In this document: positions 38,256 to 47,091 of the stretch, piece by piece
How positions within the stretch are numbered: the stretch's first letter is position 1
How the letters are laid out: each line of letters opens with the position of its first letter
Assembly (NCBI GenBank): GCA_965248575.1
Contig: CBDFJQ010000002.1
Coordinates: forward strand, 4,800,001-4,864,000
DNA from: Planctomycetota bacterium
GTDB taxonomy: Bacteria > Planctomycetota > B15-G4
DNA: 64,000 nucleotides
Direction of reading: 5' to 3'
Translations under genes and position numbers: made by a program
Notes under the pieces: model-generated
Told to the model about the DNA's origin: nothing
Seen by the model: the letters and a program-made list of their open reading frames with translations, nothing else
The model's database searches: none

Positions 38256-39914
38256 ATGACGACTGCGCCCCTGCGCTCCCTGTCCCTGGCGTTCTTGCTC
38301 GCCGCCACTCCGCTCACCGCTGCGGGCACCCTTTTCGTTGACGCAAATCTGCTGGTCGGTGCCAACGACGGCAGCACTTGGGGTGACGCCTTCCAAGGGT
38401 CGTCCGGTTTGCAGCTGGCGCTGGCTGCGGCCGTTTCGGGCGACGAGGTCTTCGTCGCTCAGGGGGTGTATCTGCCGAGCGCTGTGGGAACGCGGACCGA
38501 TGCCTTCGCACTCAAGAACGGTGTGGCGATCTACGGCTCCTTCGCAGGGGGAGAGGCCAGCCCGGCTGAGCGGCCTCCTTTTGGCAGCGCGGACAGCATC
38601 CTCTCGGGCGACCTCAACGGCGATGACGGGCTCTCGTTGTTCGGCGACAACAGCTTCCACCTCATCACCACAGCGGGAACCAACGCCACAGCGGTCATCG
38701 ATGGTTTTGTCGTGACCAGCGGCAACGCCAACTCCGGGGCGGGGAACCGCGATCGGGGGGCCGGCATCATCTGCTTGGGGGCGGTGTCCCCGACCGTCCG
38801 CAGCTGTCGCTTCATCGCCAATCGGTGCACCTTTGGCGGTGCTGCTGGATACATCAACAACGGTGGTGCGCCGACCTTCACGTCCTGCACCTTCGAGGAC
38901 GGGCAGGGCGGCTCCTTCGGCGGGGCCTTCGACATTGCGGGCGGCGGGGTCGTGCGCTTTGATCGTTGTCTCTTCCGGGGCAACACGGCTGCCCGCGCGG
39001 GAGCCCTGGAGATCTTCTCGTCCACGGGGCCCATCGTCAGCGGTTGTGTCTTCGTCGACAACACGGCGACGGGAGGCAGCGGCGGCGGCGCCATCTGGGT
39101 CGGGTCCGGAGGGAGCTCACGGGTGCGCAACTGCACGATCGTTTCCAATCAGGCGACCAATCAGTCGGCCGGTGGAATCCGCAACCAGGGCGCGTCGAAC
39201 TTCCGGGTGGACAACTCGATTCTCTGGGACAACACGGGCGTGGGCGGCGGGCAGGGCCCTGGCAACCAGGTGACCAACGGCAGCCAGGTGTTCCACAGCC
39301 TGGTGCAAGGCGGTTTCCCTGGGACGGGCAACGTCGGCGGCGATCCCCTCTTCTTGGACGCGGCCGCGCTCGATTTCACACCCGCTGAAACATCGCCCGT
39401 CGTGGATGCCGGCGACAACACACAGGTGTTGGCTGGCACCACCCTGGACTTCCAGGGCGGAGCGCGCTTCACGGACGTGCTGATCGTGGCCGACACCGGT
39501 GTCGGCCCGGCTCCCGTGCTGGACATGGGAGCGGTCGAGTTCCCTTCCGCCTGGTCAGACCTCGGCGGCGGACTGGCGGGGACGCTTGGGGCACCGGAGT
39601 TGGTCATGAGCGGCTCGCTCGAGAGCCTCAGCTCCAACCTGGCCACCTTGAGCAACGCCGCGCCCAGCGCCTTCAGCGTTGTCTTCGCAGGCTTCTCGCT
39701 GGTCAACCTGCCTCTTGAAGGCGGCGTGCTCCTGCCTGCTCCCGATGTCGTGCGCTTCTTCTTCACGGACGGTTCGGGCAGTCTCAATCTGCCCTTCACC
39801 TGGCCCGCTGGCTCACCGCCCGGGCTCGACTCCTACTACCAGATCTGGGTGGAAGACGCGGGTGCCCCCTTCGCCTATGCGGCGAGCAATGGGGTGCAGG
39901 GGACGACGCCTTAG
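38256..39914 (+). CDS. Secreted right-handed beta-helix protein (GGA/FxxN repeats) with a C-terminal ~120-aa domain
   Basis: Signal peptide, GANDGSTWGDAF, repeated F..N.A..GGA units, SP.VDAGDN and DMGAVE. Confidence 0.8.
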   Translation: MTTAPLRSLSLAFLLAATPLTAAGTLFVDANLLVGANDGSTWGDAFQGSSGLQLALAAAVSGDEVFVAQGVYLPSAVGTRTDAFALKNGVAIYGSFAGGEASPAERPPFGSADSILSGDLNGDDGLSLFGDNSFHLITTAGTNATAVIDGFVVTSGNANSGAGNRDRGAGIICLGAVSPTVRSCRFIANRCTFGGAAGYINNGGAPTFTSCTFEDGQGGSFGGAFDIAGGGVVRFDRCLFRGNTAARAGALEIFSSTGPIVSGCVFVDNTATGGSGGGAIWVGSGGSSRVRNCTIVSNQATNQSAGGIRNQGASNFRVDNSILWDNTGVGGGQGPGNQVTNGSQVFHSLVQGGFPGTGNVGGDPLFLDAAALDFTPAETSPVVDAGDNTQVLAGTTLDFQGGARFTDVLIVADTGVGPAPVLDMGAVEFPSAWSDLGGGLAGTLGAPELVMSGSLESLSSNLATLSNAAPSAFSVVFAGFSLVNLPLEGGVLLPAPDVVRFFFTDGSGSLNLPFTWPAGSPPGLDSYYQIWVEDAGAPFAYAASNGVQGTTP

Positions 39915-39983
39915 CAGGACGCAGCCAGGCGGGGCAGGCTGATCCGGCGACGCAATCCCTCAGCCCGTTAGCCCGAGAGCCCG

Positions 39984-41417
39984 TTAGCGAGTCGGGCTGA
40001 GCCCCCTGAGGAAGAGGTCGCGCGCGCCATTTCCGTCGCCTGCAACGAGGTTGCTCCCGAGGCTTCCGAACAGCAGGAGGGAGCCGTCGGCCGACAAGCT
40101 CGGCGAGTCACTGTCCGCATTGGCCTGGCCCTGGGCGCTGCTGCGGCTGTGACAGCTGGTCTTCCCGGTGTTGAGGTCATGCACGAAGACGTCGGTGACG
40201 CCGTTGATGTCCGTCGGCACGAGGTTTGGGGCCCCGCTGGCAAATGCGATCCTCCGGCCGTCTTCCGAGATGGCCGGCAGGATGCTCCCTCCCGAGGCTT
40301 CGCTTCCGTCGGACGCCACGCTCACACGAGTCGTGAGGCCCGTCAGGTGGTCGTGGACGAAGATGTCGCTGACCCAGTTGTTGTCAGGAAAGGCCAGGTT
40401 GTAGGCCTGGCTGGCGAAGGCAACATAGCGACCATCGGGGGTGATGGCTGGCCGCGTGGAGCAGTCACCGTGAGCGAACTCACCCAACGAGTTCTTGCTG
40501 GCGTGCCACGTTTCGTTGGTGTCGGCGTCGTGCACGAAGATGTAGTGGTACACGCCCAGGACCTCGTTCACGAGGTTGTTGGCCCGTGTGGAGTAGGCCA
40601 CGAAGCGGCCCGTGGCGGAGATGTCCGGGCTGTGGCTCGCTGCAATGCCACCGAAGCCCGCCGGGTCTTGGCTCACCCGCCGTGTGAGCCCCGTCGAGCT
40701 GTCATGCACGAAGATGTCCTGTTGGCCGTTGGCGTCGTTGTCGACCAGGTTGTCCGCCCAGCTGGAGAAGGCGATGTGACGCCCATCAGCGGAGACGGCT
40801 GCGTCGGTGCTGGCCGCGTTGCCTGCCAGGCCGGACGAGCTCTTGCTGACGCGAGAGATGCCACCGGAGAAGCGGTCGAAGAGGAACACGTCGAGGGTGC
40901 TGGGGGTGTCGCCGGGAACGAGGTTGCTGGCCCAGCTGTCGAAGGCGACGAACCGCCCGTCGGCTGAGACGTCGAGGGTCGTGCCTGAGGTGTCGTTGGC
41001 CGGTTGTCCCAGGGCGTCATGGGAGACGAGCAGGATCTCGCCCGTGGTGATGTTGCGCAAGAAGACGTCGCGGACGCCCGCAATATCAGGGCTCAGCAAG
41101 TTGCTCGCGACGCTAGAGAATGCGACCCATTGGCCGTCGTCGGAGAGGGTGCCCGCGTCGGTTGAAGAATCGGCCTCCTGCAGCGACGAGCCGAGATTCA
41201 CGCGCAGCAGTTGGGGCATAGCGATGGTGCCGTGCTGTGCGCTGCGACCCTGAATCCCGGAGCCTGGAGACGTGGGCTGGGCGCCTGGCCAGGCGCCGCT
41301 CGGAAGCCCCTGCCCGGAAGCCAACGGTGCGGTTCCCAGGAAGACCCCAACTACGACCGCGGCGAGGGTGAGGGAGAGCCGAAGCGGAGAGTGTTCAGGG
41401 CTGGCAGGGTGCGTCAT
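39984..41417 (-). CDS. Secreted TolB/PD40-like beta-propeller protein
   Basis: About seven repeats of S.DGR.VAF.S.A.NLV..D.N...DVF..D...G.T.RVS, after a signal peptide. Confidence 0.85.
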   Translation of the reverse strand: MTHPASPEHSPLRLSLTLAAVVVGVFLGTAPLASGQGLPSGAWPGAQPTSPGSGIQGRSAQHGTIAMPQLLRVNLGSSLQEADSSTDAGTLSDDGQWVAFSSVASNLLSPDIAGVRDVFLRNITTGEILLVSHDALGQPANDTSGTTLDVSADGRFVAFDSWASNLVPGDTPSTLDVFLFDRFSGGISRVSKSSSGLAGNAASTDAAVSADGRHIAFSSWADNLVDNDANGQQDIFVHDSSTGLTRRVSQDPAGFGGIAASHSPDISATGRFVAYSTRANNLVNEVLGVYHYIFVHDADTNETWHASKNSLGEFAHGDCSTRPAITPDGRYVAFASQAYNLAFPDNNWVSDIFVHDHLTGLTTRVSVASDGSEASGGSILPAISEDGRRIAFASGAPNLVPTDINGVTDVFVHDLNTGKTSCHSRSSAQGQANADSDSPSLSADGSLLLFGSLGSNLVAGDGNGARDLFLRGLSPTR

Positions 41418-41551
41418 CGACGATCTCGGTGATGGCCTCGCTGGTCTGCTCGGCACAGGGGCTGCCTTGGAGGGACGATTGAGGCCGGCTTGGTCCCAGA
41501 GCTCCGTGAGCAGGGGCTCTCAGGGATCAGCGTCGTGGCACGCTCACCGTT

Positions 41552-42265
41552 TCAGCTCCTTCTGGAGATTCCCGTGAGATTCCTGGGGGACGCCGATGCG
41601 GCTGCTGGCGCGCCTGCCGGAGCGGCAGCTCCCGGTTGCTCGAGCAGGGTGGCCATGCGAGCCAAGGCGCGAGAGAGCAGGGTGCGCGTGGCCGCAGGCG
41701 AGCGCTCCATGGCCTGTGCCACCTCATCATGGGGGAGGTTCTGGACCCGTGCCAACAAGATCACGCGCCGATAGTCCTCTGGGAGCAGGCTGAAGGCTTC
41801 TTCGGCACGGGCCAGTTCCTCACGCGCGGACGCGTGGCGGCTGGGGGTGCAGAAGGTGCGCAACTGGCTCAGCAGCTCCACGTCTTCGTCGCGCTCCCGG
41901 GCGAGGATGGCCGTGACGGGGCCCGCCTCGCGGTCGCCCGTGCGGCGCTCCCGGCTCCAGTAACGCCCCCGATCGCGAATCTTGTTCTCGGCCTGCCTGA
42001 ACAGCCAATTGCGGAAGCTGTCGGGCCCTCGATACTCGAAGCGGGGTAGGCCTTCGAGGGCTTCTCGGCAGACCGACTGCACGAGGTCGAGGCTGGAGTC
42101 GTGATGGCGCAGACGCCGGCCGAGCCGCAGTCGTACGAAAGCGCGTAGCCCCGCGAGGTGCGACTCCATGAGGTCGTTGCACGCACCCTGATCGCCAGCG
42201 ACGGCATTCTGAAGCAGTTGCTGGACCGGGACGACGTTTGCAGATTCGTTGGTGGAACGAGTCAT
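41552..42265 (-). CDS. ECF sigma factor, kinase-associated type
   Basis: RLR.HDSSLDLVQS, FRNWL, TPS..A..REE and LLSRAL. Divergent from a Ser/Thr kinase gene. Confidence 0.88.
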   Translation of the reverse strand: MTRSTNESANVVPVQQLLQNAVAGDQGACNDLMESHLAGLRAFVRLRLGRRLRHHDSSLDLVQSVCREALEGLPRFEYRGPDSFRNWLFRQAENKIRDRGRYWSRERRTGDREAGPVTAILARERDEDVELLSQLRTFCTPSRHASAREELARAEEAFSLLPEDYRRVILLARVQNLPHDEVAQAMERSPAATRTLLSRALARMATLLEQPGAAAPAGAPAAASASPRNLTGISRRS

Positions 42266-42337
42266 GGAGCGACAGCATACAGCGTTCCCGGAGACCCGTT
42301 AGGATCACCGAAGGACGCACTCTCATCGAGGCCAGCG

Positions 42338-45300
42338 GTGGACAACAGTGAACCCTCAAGCTCCGAGGAGCAGACGGCGGATGTGTTTGAACGGCTCTTG
42401 GCGGAGTGCATAGACGGGTGGTCGAGCGAGGGAAGCGCGGCCGTCGAGTCCGTGTGCGCGCAACACCCCGGGCTGGCCTCGCGGCTTCGGGACCGGCTCG
42501 CAGACCTGCAACGGCTCGGGCTCTTGGGAGAGGAGCAGGCCCCGGAGGCCATCGGGCCGTATCGGATCCTCGGCCCCCTGGGCCAGGGCGGCATGAGTGT
42601 CGTGTATCTGGCATGGGATGAGCAGCTAGGGAAACGGGTCGCTCTCAAGGCCAGTCGCACACCGCTGTCCAGCGACGACCGAAGCCGTGCGCGCTTCCGG
42701 CAGGAGATCTCTGCCATCACGTCGCTCGACCACAAAGGCATCGTGCCTTTGTTGGAGGTAGGGGAAGCCGAGGGGCGGCCCTACTTCACCATGGAGTTTG
42801 TTCCGGGAGCGACCCTGGCTCAACTCGTCGAGCGGTTGCTCGCATCCGGTCAAAGCCCCGTGGATGTCAGCGGTGCGACGATCGCCACCATGGTGGGCGA
42901 GCTGGGACGGCGCGTGCTTGGCGACAAGCCTCTGCCCCAGAACGACGCCGTCTGGCCGGCGACCTGGATCGAGGCCGTGGTCCGCTGGATGCTTGAAGTG
43001 GCCGAGGCCCTGGAGCATGCGCACGCGCGCCAGGTCATCCATCGCGACGTGAAGCCATCCAATGTGTTGGTCTCGGTCGAAGGGTGTGCGCGCCTGTTCG
43101 ACATGGGCCTCGCGAGGCTTGGAGATGCGCCGGGCCTCACTCGTTCCGGCGACTTCACTGGCACGCCCTACTATGTGTCGCCCGAGCAGCTGGGTGGTCA
43201 CTTGAAGGACGTGGACCAGCGCACGGACATCTTCTCGCTCGGTGTGACGCTCTACGAGTTGCTGACGTTCCGTCGGCCGTTCGACGGTCCGTCCACGGCG
43301 CATGTCTTCCGGCAGATCATGGACAAGGACCCCGCCATGCCGCGGCGTCTGGAGCCGCGCTTGCCGCCGGACCTGGAGACGATCTGCCTGACGGCCCTGG
43401 AGAAGAACCCGGAAGCTCGCTATCAGTCCATGCATGACCTGGCCGCGGACCTGCGACGCTTCCTGGAGTTTCGACCCGTGCGTGCGCGTCCGGTGGGTTG
43501 GTTTCGGCGTGGCGTCCGCTTCATGCGCCGAAGTCCGGCACGGGCGACTGCCGCCTTGTTGGCCCTGTTCGTCGTTGTGGGGCTTCCCGCTGGTCTGGTC
43601 TGGGCGAACCGCGCCATTGCCGATGAACGCGATCTGGCGGAGACGAGTGCGGCCGAAGCAACCCTTCAGGCGGAGTTGAGCGCTCGTGTGACCCGCTTCG
43701 TGGTGGATCTCTTCGAGTTGACGCCAAAGGACCAGGAGCGTGCGGAATCCGTGACGGCGCGGGAGATCCTTGACCGAGGCGCCGCGGTGATTCCGACGGG
43801 GTTCGAGGACCAGCCGCTGCACCGCGCGGCGCTCATGCGTGCCAGCGGGCGGGTCTACCGGAACATGGGCTTGTTCCAGCGTGCGCTCCCCTTGTTGGAC
43901 CGGGCTTACGCCATCTATCAGCGCGAGCGAGGCGTGGATGAGCTGGAGACGATCTCCCTGCTGGCGGAGTTGGCCGAGGTCCATTGGCGGGTGGGTGGCC
44001 GCGAAGCGAGCCTGGCCCTGTGTGTCAGGAGCCTTGAGGGCTTCGAGCGCGCAGGCCATGGCGATCACGAACTGGCCGTGCGCTGCCGCATGACGTTCGC
44101 AGCCGTCTCGTCCGAGCTGGGTCGGCCGGCCGAGGCAGAGCGTGCCTTGCAGGCGGCCCTGGATCTGCGGAGCGAGGTGGGCGACGAGGACTCCCTGCTC
44201 GTTGCGGATCTCTCCGAAGAACTGGGGGTCCTGTTGGCGTCGGAGGGAAACCTGGCTGAGGCACGCCGATGGCTGGGACGCTCGCTCGACATTCGCCGGG
44301 CTTCCTGGGTCCCCAACCCTGGTGCAATTGCCGGTGTGCTGGAGCAGTTGGCCACGGTTCACCGGGATCTGGGTGATGAGCAGGGCGCGCAAGATCTCGG
44401 TGCGCAGGCCGGCTCCTTGCGTTCGGGGGTCGCGCGGCAGCTGGCCGCCGTGGGGGAGGCGACCACCGTGCGCTTGCCGGGCCAGGCTCCCGAGGGTCCC
44501 TTCGCCCTGCGCCCCATCGTCCAAGATGCCTTTGACGCCCGGTTCCAGGAGGGGGTCACGGCGCTGCAGTCAGGGGATGACGCCGAGTCCGTGCTGGCCT
44601 TCACGAAGTGCCTCGAGTTGAAGCCGGGGCATCCTGTCAGCGCCTACAACCTGGCTTGCAGCCACGCTCTGGCTGGGCGCGTCGAGCTGGCCCTCGACTG
44701 GATCGGCAAGGCCGTAGACGCAGGCTTTGGATTCCTGAGCGATGGCCCGAGGGTGCTGGAGAAGGACCCAGATCTCGAACCGCTTCGTCACGAACGCCGG
44801 TGGCGCGACCACCTGGAACGCATGCATCGGGAGCGGGCGGCCGCAGTGGGCTATGCAGCCAGCCCTGCGCTCTACGTGCCTCCTGCTTTGCAGGGCAAGG
44901 CTTCCTGGCCGCTGCTCGTGGTGCTTCATGCCCACGGCTCCACGAAGGATTCGGTGGTGCAGGGCCGCTGGCGCCGCGTTGCCGACGAGCTCGGCTTCGC
45001 ACTTCTGGCTCCATCGGCGAGCTTGCCGGTGGCACGGTCTGTGGAGCAGGGGATGCAGTGGTTCCAGGAAGTGGATGACTTCCTGGAGCAACCCTGGTCG
45101 TTCGAGATGCCAGTGATCGAGGGGCTTCGGAACTTCCTGGACCAGGGGACCGTGGATCTCGAACGCGTGTTCATCGCGGGGGAGGGGCACGGTTCACTCT
45201 TGGCGGCGGATCTTGCCCTGACAGCTCCAGGGCTCTTCCGTGGATTGCTCGTGGCCAACGGCCCGATCGTCCCGGAGGTCGCTTGGCAACGGACGCTGCT

Positions 45301-45541
45301 TGCGTCGAGCCTGGGCTTGAGTGTCCGCGTTGTGCTCGATGACCGCGAGAGGATTGTCGCCTGTCCGGACGGCATGAGTGGCGCACAGCTTGCCGAGCGC
45401 CTCGAAGGCTGGCTCCCGCGCTGGGGGCTCGAAGAGCATGCGTCGGTTCGGGCACTGAGCGCTGGGGATCAGCCCTCGGAGACCCTGTGGATGGCGTCGC
45501 TCCTGGAGATGCTCGGCCAAGCCGGCCTGTCGGGACGCTAG
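42338..45541 (+). CDS. Hanks-type Ser/Thr kinase fused to a TM helix, TPR repeats and an alpha/beta-hydrolase-like domain
   Basis: LGQGGMSVVY, VALK, HRDVKPSN, DMGLA, GTPYYVSPEQ and DIFSLG. TPR-like helices (AYNLAC) follow, then PLLVVLHAHG and RVFIAGEGHG. Confidence 0.92.
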   Translation: MDNSEPSSSEEQTADVFERLLAECIDGWSSEGSAAVESVCAQHPGLASRLRDRLADLQRLGLLGEEQAPEAIGPYRILGPLGQGGMSVVYLAWDEQLGKRVALKASRTPLSSDDRSRARFRQEISAITSLDHKGIVPLLEVGEAEGRPYFTMEFVPGATLAQLVERLLASGQSPVDVSGATIATMVGELGRRVLGDKPLPQNDAVWPATWIEAVVRWMLEVAEALEHAHARQVIHRDVKPSNVLVSVEGCARLFDMGLARLGDAPGLTRSGDFTGTPYYVSPEQLGGHLKDVDQRTDIFSLGVTLYELLTFRRPFDGPSTAHVFRQIMDKDPAMPRRLEPRLPPDLETICLTALEKNPEARYQSMHDLAADLRRFLEFRPVRARPVGWFRRGVRFMRRSPARATAALLALFVVVGLPAGLVWANRAIADERDLAETSAAEATLQAELSARVTRFVVDLFELTPKDQERAESVTAREILDRGAAVIPTGFEDQPLHRAALMRASGRVYRNMGLFQRALPLLDRAYAIYQRERGVDELETISLLAELAEVHWRVGGREASLALCVRSLEGFERAGHGDHELAVRCRMTFAAVSSELGRPAEAERALQAALDLRSEVGDEDSLLVADLSEELGVLLASEGNLAEARRWLGRSLDIRRASWVPNPGAIAGVLEQLATVHRDLGDEQGAQDLGAQAGSLRSGVARQLAAVGEATTVRLPGQAPEGPFALRPIVQDAFDARFQEGVTALQSGDDAESVLAFTKCLELKPGHPVSAYNLACSHALAGRVELALDWIGKAVDAGFGFLSDGPRVLEKDPDLEPLRHERRWRDHLERMHRERAAAVGYAASPALYVPPALQGKASWPLLVVLHAHGSTKDSVVQGRWRRVADELGFALLAPSASLPVARSVEQGMQWFQEVDDFLEQPWSFEMPVIEGLRNFLDQGTVDLERVFIAGEGHGSLLAADLALTAPGLFRGLLVANGPIVPEVAWQRTLLASSLGLSVRVVLDDRERIVACPDGMSGAQLAERLEGWLPRWGLEEHASVRALSAGDQPSETLWMASLLEMLGQAGLSGR

Positions 45542-45650
45542 GCAGAACGACAGCCGGCCCGGCATGTCCTCGGGCAGGGGAGGGTGCCGAGCCGGCGTGT
45601 CGGATAGGCCTGGATCGGGATCAGGCCTGTTCTCGGAGGCAAAGCAGGGC

Positions 45651-46760
45651 TCAGGGGCCGAGCAGTCCGAGGATCTCAGTCGCCGCCGTCGGCGTGCGGC
45701 TTTCGTCGGCGCCGATGTCGACACGACGGCCGATCAGTCGGGGCTGTCCATCGATGTCCAACTGCTGGACACTGCTCGGCGCACCGGCTGCGTTGATCCC
45801 CGCGTCGATCATCGGTGAGTTCGGGCGCAGGTGGTAGCCGTCAGCGCGCAGCAGCGGCTTCACGCTCATGTTTCCAAGGCCGGTCAACACGCCGCCCTCA
45901 ACGTTGCTGAAGCTCACGTTCGCGGTGCCCCAGGTCTGGATGCCCCCGGCACCGTTGCCCCACACGATGGAGTTGCGTAGGACCACGTTGCCGGCGTTGA
46001 TGGCCGAGCCCCAGGTGGCGGCATTGCCGACCACCGTGATGTTCTCGAGCACCAGGTTGGCGCCTCCGAAGTCCGTGATGGCCCCGCCGGTCACTGCAGC
46101 CCCGTTGCCGATGAAGGCGCTGTTGCGGATCACCGTGGGCTGCTTGGGCTCTGCGGAGAAGCCCCATGTGAAGAATCCGCCACCGTCATCGTCGGTGTAG
46201 TTGCCTTGGAAGAGGCAGTTCTCGATGAGCGGGCTGGACGTGCCGCCCAGGGGCCCCGTGTCACCGCTGTAGACCGCGCCGCCCCAGCAACCGGACGAGT
46301 TGGCCACAAAGTGGCAGTTGCGAATGGTCGGGCTGCTCGAGCGGATGATGATGGCACCGCCGTTGAACTCATCGTTCACGGCTCCGGGAAAAGTGGCGCC
46401 GCCCGTGATGGTGAACCCGTCGAGAACTGCGCTGCGGCTCTCACCATTCTCGAAGACGAAGCCACGGTAGGGTTCGGTGGAGGTGCCCTGGGCGTCGATG
46501 GTGGTGGAGCTGGGACCGTTCTCGCTGCGCACGATGAGCGCCTTGCCGAGGAAGTTCAGGTCTCGGTTTCCAGCTCCTGTGTAGACGCCATCGGCGACGA
46601 GCACGGTGTCGCCCGTCTGCGCGGCAATGATAGCGGATTGGATGGTGGGGAACTGGGCGGGGACCGACAACGTGTCGGCGGCCCAAGCGGTTGGGGATGC
46701 CAACATGGCCAGGCCGAACACGATGGCCTGGCGGAGGCGGAGCAGGGGTTTCTGATGCAC
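45651..46760 (-). CDS. Secreted right-handed beta-helix protein
   Basis: Signal AWA-AD, VP..FPTIQ.AI, GDTVLV.DGVY, F..N...GGA repeats, SPMIDAG and VDIGADE. Confidence 0.82.
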   Translation of the reverse strand: MHQKPLLRLRQAIVFGLAMLASPTAWAADTLSVPAQFPTIQSAIIAAQTGDTVLVADGVYTGAGNRDLNFLGKALIVRSENGPSSTTIDAQGTSTEPYRGFVFENGESRSAVLDGFTITGGATFPGAVNDEFNGGAIIIRSSSPTIRNCHFVANSSGCWGGAVYSGDTGPLGGTSSPLIENCLFQGNYTDDDGGGFFTWGFSAEPKQPTVIRNSAFIGNGAAVTGGAITDFGGANLVLENITVVGNAATWGSAINAGNVVLRNSIVWGNGAGGIQTWGTANVSFSNVEGGVLTGLGNMSVKPLLRADGYHLRPNSPMIDAGINAAGAPSSVQQLDIDGQPRLIGRRVDIGADESRTPTAATEILGLLGP

Positions 46761-47091
46761 TGGATCTTCTCTCTCGGGTGATGGCGTTGGGGCTCTTGCG
46801 CCCCCAAGGCAAGAGCGCCGCACCGGGAGAAGTGTTACTGAGGGAATCCGCCCGGAGCCGCTTCAGACGGTCGGGACGGTCCCGCGCACGGGTTCCGTGC
46901 AACGGTTCTGCGCACCGGGCCCGCGAACGATCCGGGTCGTGGTGTGCCAGGCGGTCGCCGGTCGCTTATGCTGCCGGCTCGCGGGGCGATGTGCGCCTTG
47001 CTGTCGTTGTGCGCTTCTAGATGTCTCGGGCCCTGAGCTCGACCTTGCGCCCTGAACCTTCGTGTTTCAGGTGCTGGGAAGGGGATGCCCG

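Noticed and set aside
39984..41200. Repetitive DNA that could be mistaken for a CRISPR array or repeat element (also 35800-36500)
   Set aside because: The repeats are degenerate, in frame and at protein level (propeller blades); there are no identical repeats with unique spacers.
42626..44524. Long antisense ORFs (also 47017-48702, 21793-23370, 16458-17963, 13486-14817, 1794-3152)
   Set aside because: These are shadows of real genes caused by high GC3 codon bias, with no motifs of their own.
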